In this document: positions 49,415-58,052 of the stretch, in pieces
Layout of the letters: every line of letters starts with the position of its first letter
Numbering within the stretch: the first letter of the stretch is position 1
From: an uncultured Gammaproteobacteria bacterium
GTDB taxonomy: Bacteria; Patescibacteriota; Microgenomatia; CAZETR01; Amesbacteraceae
Reading direction: 5' to 3'
Assembly: GCA_964356225.1 (NCBI GenBank)
Contig: CAYHGA010000003.1
Span: 266 to 64,265 of the forward strand
Length of the DNA stretch: 64,000 nucleotides
Notes under the pieces: model-generated
What the model saw: only the letters and a program-made list of their open reading frames with translations
The model's database searches: none
What the model was told of the DNA's origin: nothing
Program-made: the position numbers and the translations under genes

Positions 49415-50321
49415 TTACTGTCTGAATAATTCCCGCCAGTTTAGGTCGTTTTGTCTGTAAAAGTGGCATGTCAACTTGGGAGCCGTGCACAGAGTTTTTT
49501 AAAACTTCATTAGCCCAAGCATCATAAAAATCGTTTGGCAAAAGTCTAATAGCATGATCGAGCACTGCCAAAGCCGCCTGTGCTGTAACCTCGGCAACGT
49601 CCATTACACCACCTTCTCCTGCGTGTGATACTCTTACGGCTCCTGGATAATTAGAGTGGTCTGTACACATTCCTAGTGAAGCGACTGCTATACCCATCTC
49701 TCTTAGTAACGGCACTTCTGGAATCATTGTTTGCCCAATAAGTTTGATGCGTGGCACCGTACATCTTAACCACTCTTCTTGAACGACTGTATTAAACCAA
49801 GGCGGTTCAGAATTAAAATATGTACCATCATTATGATATCCAACGCTCAACCCAGCGTGTTGGAAATATAAATCAACCACAGCTAGTCTTGCTAAACCCC
49901 ACGCTTGGTCAAGAGTTTCCCTCATTCCCAAACTAAATGGCGCCGCCAATGGAGTATGTAGAATTAGCGCACCATCCTCAGCGAAAGTACATTCACGCAT
50001 TCCCGTGCTAGCAAAGGCCAGATCTCCCAAATTAACCAAGTGCCCTGGTAACACTTCCTCAGCCATTCTTCCGGCAGCACTAACCGTATAAACGGCATTA
50101 ACTCCAAGAAGCTTCAAAGCCTGAACATTAGCCCTGTAATTAACATGGCTGGGTATTTGCAGCTTTTGATGTCTGGCCACAAAAATAACATCCTTGCCGC
50201 CGAGATCAAGATGGGCAAACGTTACCGCACCATAGTCGGTTTCTAATACCTCAAAATTTTCAGCTCTGTCACTAAAACCTGTCCCAGCAATAACTGCTTT
50301 CCTTTCCACTCCTGTCAACAT
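49392..50321 (-). CDS. MTAP/purine nucleoside phosphorylase family; start reassigned to ATG 50321
   Basis: AVIAGTG, T.YG, FVARH, PSHVNYRANV.ALK.LGV, SAAG, GQT..PEV.L.RE.G, CTD. Confidence 0.88.
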   Translation of the reverse strand: MLTGVERKAVIAGTGFSDRAENFEVLETDYGAVTFAHLDLGGKDVIFVARHQKLQIPSHVNYRANVQALKLLGVNAVYTVSAAGRMAEEVLPGHLVNLGDLAFASTGMRECTFAEDGALILHTPLAAPFSLGMRETLDQAWGLARLAVVDLYFQHAGLSVGYHNDGTYFNSEPPWFNTVVQEEWLRCTVPRIKLIGQTMIPEVPLLREMGIAVASLGMCTDHSNYPGAVRVSHAGEGGVMDVAEVTAQAALAVLDHAIRLLPNDFYDAWANEVLKNSVHGSQVDMPLLQTKRPKLAGIIQTVIKTIPGA

Positions 50322-50403
50322 GATGGCAGATATTACTATACGGTCAGACCTTTGTAAATCTTTTCTTTTTAAGCAAGATCGAAACACATGATAAAATTTA
50401 ACC

Positions 50404-50853
50404 GTGGCTGACACTTCAAAACATTCATTTCAAATATTGGTCAATGGAGTTGTTTTTAAGGGCGATAGAGTGTTGATATCCCAGCGTTCTTGGGAGGAAG
50501 AACATATGCCCGGGCGCTGGACCATCCCGGGAGGCAAAGTTGACCATGCGGACGATGACATCTTCGATGTATTACAGAAAACACTGCAAAAAGAAGTTTT
50601 AGAAGAGACGGGAGTACAAACCACGAAAGAAATGGAGTTTGTGACGAACAATAGCTACACCAAAGAAAATGGCCAGCACGTCGTGGCGATTATCTTTAAA
50701 TGCCATTACAAATCCGGCCAACCAAAACCTCTGGAAGATACGATTGATTGCAAGTGGTCAACGATTGACGAAGTCAAAACCACCGATTTTCCACCCAATG
50801 TTAAAGAATACATCTTAGCCGCATCACAAACTATATCCTCGGCCACTAATTGA
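50404..50853 (+). CDS. Nudix hydrolase
   Basis: W.IPGGKVD...LQKEVLEETG Nudix box. Confidence 0.9.
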   Translation: MADTSKHSFQILVNGVVFKGDRVLISQRSWEEEHMPGRWTIPGGKVDHADDDIFDVLQKTLQKEVLEETGVQTTKEMEFVTNNSYTKENGQHVVAIIFKCHYKSGQPKPLEDTIDCKWSTIDEVKTTDFPPNVKEYILAASQTISSATN

Positions 50854-51179
50854 CCCGCTAATAAAGGAGCACCATTTTCAACAGCCAAATCGTGGGTCAA
50901 GCATCGAACGATGTCCGAACCCAACATTATCAAGCTAACTGGTCAATTATACGATTATTTTATTTCTTTAGACAACTCAAAAGAAATTTTGCAACTGAGG
51001 CCGATGTTGTTACCAAATTGGAATATTACCTAAAAGTCTCGGACCTACATAATCTGACTGACGGTGCTGACTAAATAAAACTAGAAATACTTTTTATCTC
51101 GCAACCTCAAAGAGATTAGTCAAATACTATCTAACCTGAGATTCCTCTCTCATGCCCACACATGACACATCGTAGAGTT

Positions 51180-52022
51180 TCAGATTTCAAGATATGTTAG
51201 AAACTTATATCCAAAACGTGTTATTAAGTAATCCGATGCTCCTCCAATAGATGCGCCTGTCACTTTTAACCTAAATACACCCAGATTAAGAAGCTCACTC
51301 GTGGCTTCAGACGCTTTATTCCTTTCATCGCTTTCAAGATTTCTCGCCCTGTTTAATAAATCACTAGGCCAGCCTTCATTTTTGGGGACTCCAAACTTTT
51401 CTTTCACCTTCTCTGAATTAGTATCAAAATTTGTTTTAAGCCAGAGATCCAGCGGTTGCCAAACTGATTTGCTATGACGGTAGTAATCCCTCCACCAGTC
51501 TATGCTCCTATCCGAATTAGGATTAACCTTTTCTAACTCAAGCTCAATTTCCCCGTCCATCCCAGGAATCACCTCTCTTTTTATGATTGCTAACAGTTCC
51601 AGAGCGTCTAATGAAATCTCTGCCAATGCGCTGTTAAGTCGCTCTAGTTCAAAATCTTCTTTATCTGGATGATTTGTGAATCCTAGAAAAATATCTCTTT
51701 GAATTTTTCGTTTTTTCTCTAATCTTTGCTTCAGATATTGATCCATAAATATCAAAAACCCACCCTTAAACTCCTCACTTTGTACCATTTCAGATCTAAA
51801 CTCATTTGGATGATCATGAATAAAAGTAGTTACTTCTGTCACTCTTTCTTGGTTAAGAGCCATAAATACACCGTAAAGCCCAACGGCTGAATAAAAACAT
51901 AGTTCCCAGTAGGGGTGTAACAGTAAAAATGGTGTGATAGCTGCCGTGAAGTAAGGTATGTTGCCTTGTATTGCTGCGTTTAATCCGGACTTAAATGCCT
52001 TAGTAATAGTATTTCTATCCAT
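51180..52022 (-). CDS. hypothetical cargo protein (N-terminal TM)
   Basis: 280-aa AT-rich ORF, C-terminal 'YLITRFGYKFL' wHTH-like end. Confidence 0.7.
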   Translation of the reverse strand: MDRNTITKAFKSGLNAAIQGNIPYFTAAITPFLLLHPYWELCFYSAVGLYGVFMALNQERVTEVTTFIHDHPNEFRSEMVQSEEFKGGFLIFMDQYLKQRLEKKRKIQRDIFLGFTNHPDKEDFELERLNSALAEISLDALELLAIIKREVIPGMDGEIELELEKVNPNSDRSIDWWRDYYRHSKSVWQPLDLWLKTNFDTNSEKVKEKFGVPKNEGWPSDLLNRARNLESDERNKASEATSELLNLGVFRLKVTGASIGGASDYLITRFGYKFLTYLEI

Positions 52023-52044
52023 GGTAAAGATTATATCTTAGTTG

Positions 52045-52854
52045 TTAAATAATATTGGTATTTTTTCTCCCTTTGAGTCTTTCATCCTTTCCCACTGCTT
52101 GGTCTTTTACCCTTTTATACTTTTCGGCTTGCATAATAGCTAATTTTAATCTGTTATTTTCCTTTTCAAAAGATTGTAGATCAGTTACAAAATTTGGAGA
52201 GAAAGTTATGCGATTATATTTCAAATTTACTCCGTAAAATAAGTCCAATAAACCCATTATTATATTTGCTAAGGACCACAAATCTCCTTTGAGGATAAAT
52301 TTATTTTCCAGGTCAAAGAAAGGAGTTTCTAAACGCACAAGATTTCCAACATTCGTATATTTGAAAGTCCTATGAGTATCTACAAGGTTTGAGTGACTAG
52401 AAAGTTGCATTTGGTCTTTCATGGCTTTTATTGCTTGGGAACCTTTTGAATAATATTTCTCTAACCAATCATATCTCTTCTTCTTAAGTTTTTCGGGAAC
52501 GTCCATTAAACCTTCTGATGTGGTTAAAACAAAGTCTTCTGGTTCAGGATTCGCCAATGCATACGAAGCACTTACTCCAGACTCTAAAATCTGCCGTAGA
52601 TTCATAACAGTTTGTACATGATGACGTCTGATTGTGGAGAGAAGAGCTAACATATGATGTTTTCTAATATGAGCCAGAAAAGAAATAAAAAGCCAGCCTT
52701 CATTTTTCACCCCTGAAACGAAAAACTGAAGTAATTTAACTGATTGAAGAGCGTGTGAAAAGAACTCTCCATAATCTTTTGAGGCATCAATTAGAAGTTG
52801 GTGTTCACTATTTATTATTTCCATTAAATTTGATTGCTCGATTATCTTCTTCAT
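52045..52854 (-). CDS. hypothetical helical cargo protein (possibly HEPN-like)
   Basis: 269-aa ORF; 'LRQILES' and 'LSSHSN' motifs. Confidence 0.65.
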   Translation of the reverse strand: MKKIIEQSNLMEIINSEHQLLIDASKDYGEFFSHALQSVKLLQFFVSGVKNEGWLFISFLAHIRKHHMLALLSTIRRHHVQTVMNLRQILESGVSASYALANPEPEDFVLTTSEGLMDVPEKLKKKRYDWLEKYYSKGSQAIKAMKDQMQLSSHSNLVDTHRTFKYTNVGNLVRLETPFFDLENKFILKGDLWSLANIIMGLLDLFYGVNLKYNRITFSPNFVTDLQSFEKENNRLKLAIMQAEKYKRVKDQAVGKDERLKGRKNTNII

Positions 52855-52857
52855 ATC

Positions 52858-53613
52858 TTATTGACACTGAGAGTCACAGGCCGTTCCATCACCATCAGCA
52901 TCTCTTCTGGAACAGCCACAAGTATTTAATTGATATTGAGCTTCGTCACAAGACATATTTGCACAGGTCTTGGAGCAGTTACAGGCCCATGATCCATCTG
53001 CATTTTGGGCAGGTGGAGCAATAGTCGTTTTAGGTGTGGGGGTAGGAATACTGGCACAAGTTAAACCCCACAGGCCTCTCTGATTGTCTCTAGCATCTTG
53101 TTGGGCAACTATAAACCTTTCCTGATACTTAATATCCGGTGGATATGAAGAAGATTGTGCATAACCTTCTTTGACAAGCAATTCGTTTATTAGTACATCA
53201 CCTTTCCAAACATATCTAAGTAAACGTTTGTATTTATCAGTCTCAGAGACATCCTTTTCTAATCTAACTTTTTGACCTTCTATGAGTTCAGTTGTTTTTG
53301 CTGAGGCTTCTTTGCCGTAGCACTGTATTGGTTTACTGGGGTGAACTGTCTCTGGAGTATCCATGCCAATCATGCGAACCACTTTGCCTCCTTCGATAGT
53401 AAATGTATCCCCATCAATAACATTAGTGACTACTGTGTCGGTAAATAAAGAATCCAACGATGTGGGTGTAGGTGAAGGGACTTGAATTTCGACTGCTTGT
53501 GGCGAAGGCGTGGGTGATATTTGATTATTCTTCTTATTTGAAGAACCACCAAAAATACCAACCAGAACCATTAAGACCATAAAACCAAAAATAAACAAAA
53601 TAATCTTTTTCAT
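52858..53613 (-). CDS. membrane-anchored thermonuclease (SNase) with C-terminal Excalibur-like domain
   Basis: VIDGDT, VRMIGMDTPE, DKYKRLLRYVW, RGLW; C-terminal 'C..DADGDGTAC'. Confidence 0.9.
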   Translation of the reverse strand: MKKIILFIFGFMVLMVLVGIFGGSSNKKNNQISPTPSPQAVEIQVPSPTPTSLDSLFTDTVVTNVIDGDTFTIEGGKVVRMIGMDTPETVHPSKPIQCYGKEASAKTTELIEGQKVRLEKDVSETDKYKRLLRYVWKGDVLINELLVKEGYAQSSSYPPDIKYQERFIVAQQDARDNQRGLWGLTCASIPTPTPKTTIAPPAQNADGSWACNCSKTCANMSCDEAQYQLNTCGCSRRDADGDGTACDSQCQ

Positions 53614-53668
53614 TTGAATCAGATTATACATCTAGGCCTAAAATAAATTACGGCTATAATCAAGACTG

Positions 53669-54829
53669 ATGGCACTCAAAAATCCAATCCTTTGTGGTAT
53701 TGATATTGGTTCTTCTAAAATTGCTTTAATCGTGTCAGTCATGGAGAATGGCCGGATTAGTGTGTTGGGAGTAGCCACAATGCCTTCTAAAGGCATTAAG
53801 AAAGGTCAGATCGTAGATATTGATGGTACTGCAGATGTGGTTAAGGAGTGCTTAAAAGCAGCTGAAAGAATGTCTGGACACACAATAAATTCAGCCTTTG
53901 TATCAATCGGGGGATCACACATCGAAAGTACCAACACCCACGCCGTAGTAGCCATATCTCCTGATCACGATATAAACGATAAGGATTTGGAAAGATTAAA
54001 CGAAATTGCCAAGGCAGTAGCTTTACCCTCCTCAAGGGAAATATTGCACACTTTACCGATAAGCTACACCATAGACGGCCAAACAGGAATAAAGAATCCT
54101 CTGGAAATGTCTGGCTCGAGATTGGAAGTTGTCACCCACATCGTTAGCGGATCAAGTGTAGCCATCAGTAATTTGACTAAATGTATGGAAAAGGTAGGAG
54201 TAAATATCGAAAGAATAGTTTTTGCAGGTGTTGCTTCTGCCGAGGCCATTTTGACGGAGACCGAAAAAGAGCTAGGCGTGGTGTTGATTGATTTGGGAGC
54301 TGAAACTGTAGATATTGTAATAATTTACGAAGGAGCTGTAGTCTATTCTGCAGTAACACCTATAGGCACTAAATATATTACCAATGACATTGCCATTGGA
54401 CTAAAAATCTCTATGGAATCAGCCGAGTCAATTAAGCGGGAAGCCGTTGATCCCACTCTAAAAAGCGATGAAAACATGATAATCAAAGCCAGAGTAAAAG
54501 AAATTTTAGAACTGGTAAATAAAGAGATCAAGAGAAGTAAGTATGGGCTTCAGGTTCCTTTGGGTGTAGTTGTCTGTGGCGGTGGATCTTTGACAGTGGG
54601 CTTAATTGACCAAATAAGACGCATATTGGCTTTTCCAGCCAGAATAGGCAAGGTAGAAGGTTGGAGTGGTTTGACTGATGAAATCGGTTCTCCTGCTTTT
54701 GCCACGGCTGCAGGTTTGATCTTGTATGGATTAAATACACAAACAGATAATACTAAAGGTTTCTCTGCCAAAACTTGGTTTGATAAGGTTACCAACTTAA
54801 TAATAAAAACAATTCGCTCGTTATTTTAA
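53669..54829 (+). CDS. ftsA: FtsA paralogue inside the mobile element
   Basis: GIDIGSSKI, S.GIKKG.IVDI, AERMSG, LTETEKELGVVLIDLG, ITNDIAIGL, CGGGS, FATAAGL, C-terminal amphipathic helix. Confidence 0.9.
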   Translation: MALKNPILCGIDIGSSKIALIVSVMENGRISVLGVATMPSKGIKKGQIVDIDGTADVVKECLKAAERMSGHTINSAFVSIGGSHIESTNTHAVVAISPDHDINDKDLERLNEIAKAVALPSSREILHTLPISYTIDGQTGIKNPLEMSGSRLEVVTHIVSGSSVAISNLTKCMEKVGVNIERIVFAGVASAEAILTETEKELGVVLIDLGAETVDIVIIYEGAVVYSAVTPIGTKYITNDIAIGLKISMESAESIKREAVDPTLKSDENMIIKARVKEILELVNKEIKRSKYGLQVPLGVVVCGGGSLTVGLIDQIRRILAFPARIGKVEGWSGLTDEIGSPAFATAAGLILYGLNTQTDNTKGFSAKTWFDKVTNLIIKTIRSLF

Positions 54830-55006
54830 TAACTTTATACAAGCCGCCGCTCTATTATCACTACCCAATTTCAAACATTCCATTTTTCGTTCTTCTATAG
54901 TTCTTGGTTTTAGCTCTTTGTAAATCCTGATGCCAAAATAAGCAACAACTACCAAACAGGTTATAAAGATAATTAAGTTTAACGGTTGTCTAATAAAGTT
55001 TTTCAT
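54821..55006 (-). CDS. small membrane protein
   Basis: Single TM plus Cys pair; part of a tightly packed minus-strand cluster. Confidence 0.55.
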   Translation of the reverse strand: MKNFIRQPLNLIIFITCLVVVAYFGIRIYKELKPRTIEERKMECLKLGSDNRAAACIKLLK

Positions 55007-55009
55007 AAT

Positions 55010-55231
55010 TTATAGTCCTTTCTCATGCAAGCATTTCTTATATGCATAATCATAACAGTCTTCACGCCTACAACTTGCTCGTTCTCCCCATTGTACAGCC
55101 CAATTACAGTAAGACCTTGTTCTTACCGGACGCCACTGGAACCAATAGAACCAACTAGCCATTAAAAACAGACCAAGTAAAATCAATAATATTTTCTGTT
55201 TATTTTCCTTAATCATATTTATTTTTGCCAT
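55010..55231 (-). CDS. small Cys-containing membrane protein
   Basis: TM, 'FYWFQWRP...RSYC', 'YKKCLHEKGL'. Confidence 0.65.
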   Translation of the reverse strand: MAKINMIKENKQKILLILLGLFLMASWFYWFQWRPVRTRSYCNWAVQWGERASCRREDCYDYAYKKCLHEKGL

Positions 55232-55638
55232 CTTCCTTCAATTTTTGCTTCAGTACAATTATTAATAAAGCCTTCTCCAAAAGATTGAAGTTCTTTATTT
55301 TGCAACATGTTGTTTGTACATAATTCTGTCAAACAAGATCTTACGGCGTCAAAAAAAGATTCTTCATTCTTATTTGCTATTGCTATACACTCAGTACGAG
55401 CCCTGTTCCATGTGTCTTGTGTTATTTTTTGGCTTTCTCGAAAATTATCTTCCCGTTCTTTTATTAGTTTATCATTCTTTGCAACAGAATCCTTTTCTTT
55501 TTGATATTCAAATATTTGTTTTTCTAGTATTAATTGAGCACTCTCTTTTTTTGGAACGAGTATTACAAAATAGTAAGCAATAGACAGAGATGCAATTAAG
55601 ATAGAAATTCCTAAAAGGATAAGCAAAATCTTTTTCAT
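55219..55638 (-). CDS. membrane-anchored hypothetical protein
   Basis: 'SIAYYFVILVPKKE' anchor, coiled coil, Cys pairs. Confidence 0.65.
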   Translation of the reverse strand: MKKILLILLGISILIASLSIAYYFVILVPKKESAQLILEKQIFEYQKEKDSVAKNDKLIKEREDNFRESQKITQDTWNRARTECIAIANKNEESFFDAVRSCLTELCTNNMLQNKELQSFGEGFINNCTEAKIEGRWQK

Positions 55639-56087
55639 ATATTATCAAGGGTCTTTACTTTTTCCCATTGGTCAAATCCATTAAAAATCATCTGCCCTCC
55701 CCAAAGAAAACCGCCAATCCAGATAATCGGTAAACCAAGATATATTGTTAGCCCTCCTAACCCGATTATTGATGTCCCTATGAAAATTTTGGGCCAAGGA
55801 TTAAAGGATCTAAAATTCAATTCTTGGCCACATTTATTGCAATTATTTATTACTCCTATATTTTGACGACTAAATACAAGTTTGCAGTTTGTACAATATA
55901 GCCGAAGGTATTTATTTCCTTTTAGATTTATCTCTTGCATAATCTTGCTAAATGACGCCACATCATTGTTCTCAACTATATCAATCATCGTTTCAATATC
56001 CTCTTCGCTCATATCAGGAGTAACTTTACGTAAGTTTTTTCTGGCCTCTTCTCGTGTGATTCCTATTTTTAATTTATCGACATCCAT
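55635..56087 (-). CDS. membrane protein with zinc ribbon; start reassigned to ATG 56087
   Basis: CTNC..CNKC, two C-terminal TMs. Confidence 0.65.
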   Translation of the reverse strand: MDVDKLKIGITREEARKNLRKVTPDMSEEDIETMIDIVENNDVASFSKIMQEINLKGNKYLRLYCTNCKLVFSRQNIGVINNCNKCGQELNFRSFNPWPKIFIGTSIIGLGGLTIYLGLPIIWIGGFLWGGQMIFNGFDQWEKVKTLDNI

Positions 56088-56111
56088 ACAATTTTTGGTT
56101 AAAGGAAAACA

Positions 56112-56209
56112 AAAAGCTCCCCACCAGTGGCGGCCTCTCAGCCACCCACATCTCTTTCGAGACGTGACCTCAGTGAGAAGCTCTGATGAGGAGCTTTTAC
56201 TCACTGAGG
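56112..56209 (-). ncRNA. unclassified structured RNA (leader or ncRNA)
   Basis: GAAA- and GAGA-capped stems with G-U pairs on the minus strand; alternative pairings of AAAAGCUCC. Confidence 0.55.
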
Positions 56210-56318
56210 ATTTCTGTACCATGCCTAAAAGTTTGCACCTCTAGGTTTAGGCAACTATTGAAAGTTTAGCATATTTCGAAATTTGCCTTGTGATATTTTG
56301 CGTTTGTAAAATTGGATC

Positions 56319-56645
56319 ATGGTCAAAGAAGATAAAACAGCTCTACTCAAGAAAAGATTCATTGAATACTTTTGTGAATTGCCGGTGCAGAAACTGGCCG
56401 GGGCTTGGATTGGAAAAGATGAGGACACGATTTCCCAATGGAAGAAGAAAGATGCGGATTTTGCGGACCAAATCGGCAAGGCTAAGGCAAACTGGGCAAT
56501 GAAACACTCAAAAGCGATTAAATCCGATGAATGGCTACTCGAACGAATTATGAAGGATCACTTCGCTTCCCGCAACGAACTTGTCGGAGACATGACAGTT
56601 AATATTATCAGACGATCATATCTTGAAAATATAAATGGAGAATGA
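56319..56645 (+). CDS. putative terminase small subunit
   Basis: HTH-like 'DTISQWKKKDADFA', 'WLLER...F'; overlaps the terL start. Confidence 0.65.
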   Translation: MVKEDKTALLKKRFIEYFCELPVQKLAGAWIGKDEDTISQWKKKDADFADQIGKAKANWAMKHSKAIKSDEWLLERIMKDHFASRNELVGDMTVNIIRRSYLENINGE

Positions 56646-57993
56646 AATTCCGTATCATTTCAAAGCCAGGGATTATCAAATTCCCTTTTTAAGGGAAGTC
56701 GAAAAGGCTGTTGAGGGTAAAAGTGATAAACGATATTTTATGCAGATTTGGCATAGGCGATCTGGTAAAGACAAGGTCAATATAGCCGATATTGTCCCCG
56801 GAAGACTCATCAAAGATCCAATCCTCGTTAAATTCGTCTATCCGACTTTAGTAATGGGTCGAGATAACCTCTGGGAAGGCATAGGCAGTGACGGTTTCAA
56901 GTTCATTGACCATATTCCGGAATTTATTCGGGCCGGCCAGGCTAATCAGTCCCGCATGACCATTCCCATTATAAAAGGTTCAATCTTTCAAATTGCCGGC
57001 ACGGACAATCCCGACTCGCTTAGAGGTGGCAATGCAAAGATGTATGTTTTCTCCGAATGGAGTGAGCATGACCCCTACGCTTGGGACGTGGTAGAACCGA
57101 TTCTTCGGGAAAACGACGGCATTGCCATTTTTAACATGACTCCCAAAGGTGATAATCACGCCCGAGCTCTGTACGAATACGCCAAGAACAACCCTAAATG
57201 GTATGTTGAGGTTTTAACGGCCCAAGATACCAGACTATTTAGTCCAGCGCAATTAGATGAGATTCGGCAGGACATTATCAGCCGTTTTACCGCCAATGGC
57301 CGGAGCGAATCAGAAGCTTTGGCTTATTTCGATCAGGAGTATATGTGCAGCTTCACTTCTCCGGTTATTGGATCATATTATGGAGCGGCAATTCGCAAAG
57401 CCGAAGAAGAAAACCGAATAACCAGCGTTCCCCACAATTCAGGCGTGTCGGTTTCAACCTACTGGGATCTGGGTATTGATGACTCTACGACCATTTGGTT
57501 TCTGCAAACAGTTGGTCAAGAACTCCACTTAATTGATTATTACGAAAACTCCGGAGAAGGGTTGCCCCATTATGTCCAGATCATTCACGGTAAAGGTTAC
57601 ACCTATCAAAACCATTATGCTCCCCACGATATTGAAGTCAGAGAGTTGGGAAGCGGAAAATCGAGAATGGAAATTGCTAAGAGTCTGGGTATCAATTTTA
57701 AGTTATGCCCCAACCTTTCCGTCGATGACGGAATCGAAGCCGCCCGGACAATTTTCTCTCGTTGCTGGTTCGACCAGACGAAATGTGACCGGGGTATCCA
57801 AGCCCTCAAGAACTATAAGAAAGATTGGGACGAGAAGAACAAAATCTTCAGAAACAACCCGAAACATGACTGGTCGAGTCATGGGGCCGACAGCTTCCGC
57901 TATCTGGCAATCGGCTACAGGGAACCAAAGCGGTACATTCCCCAAATTGATTTTGGAGGCGTAAAACCGCTCTACCCAGACTGGTTCGCCTAG
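56635..57993 (+). CDS. terL: terminase large subunit
   Basis: RDYQ, WHRRSGKD Walker A, DSLRG, FSE Walker B, TPKG.NH, WDLG..DST, PHD, HDWSSHGADSFRY. Confidence 0.92.
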   Translation: MENEIPYHFKARDYQIPFLREVEKAVEGKSDKRYFMQIWHRRSGKDKVNIADIVPGRLIKDPILVKFVYPTLVMGRDNLWEGIGSDGFKFIDHIPEFIRAGQANQSRMTIPIIKGSIFQIAGTDNPDSLRGGNAKMYVFSEWSEHDPYAWDVVEPILRENDGIAIFNMTPKGDNHARALYEYAKNNPKWYVEVLTAQDTRLFSPAQLDEIRQDIISRFTANGRSESEALAYFDQEYMCSFTSPVIGSYYGAAIRKAEEENRITSVPHNSGVSVSTYWDLGIDDSTTIWFLQTVGQELHLIDYYENSGEGLPHYVQIIHGKGYTYQNHYAPHDIEVRELGSGKSRMEIAKSLGINFKLCPNLSVDDGIEAARTIFSRCWFDQTKCDRGIQALKNYKKDWDEKNKIFRNNPKHDWSSHGADSFRYLAIGYREPKRYIPQIDFGGVKPLYPDWFA

Positions 57994-58052
57994 AGGTAAC
58001 AATTTAACAGTCTAAACGCTTATAATAGGCTCAATTAACTATTAAGATTAAA

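Noticed and set aside
56183-56210. CTGATGA as a hammerhead ribozyme core
   Set aside because: No GAAA follows a stem II; the motif lies in the loop of a simple hairpin, and structural signals favour the opposite strand
56088-56222. N-terminal extension of ORF 55635-56222
   Set aside because: Low-complexity translation of the structured RNA region; ATG 56087 is the more plausible start
56140-56252. c-di-GMP-I riboswitch resemblance (GAAA stem; GCCTAAA...)
   Set aside because: The two resembling parts are on opposite strands and the conserved GCAAA junctions are absent
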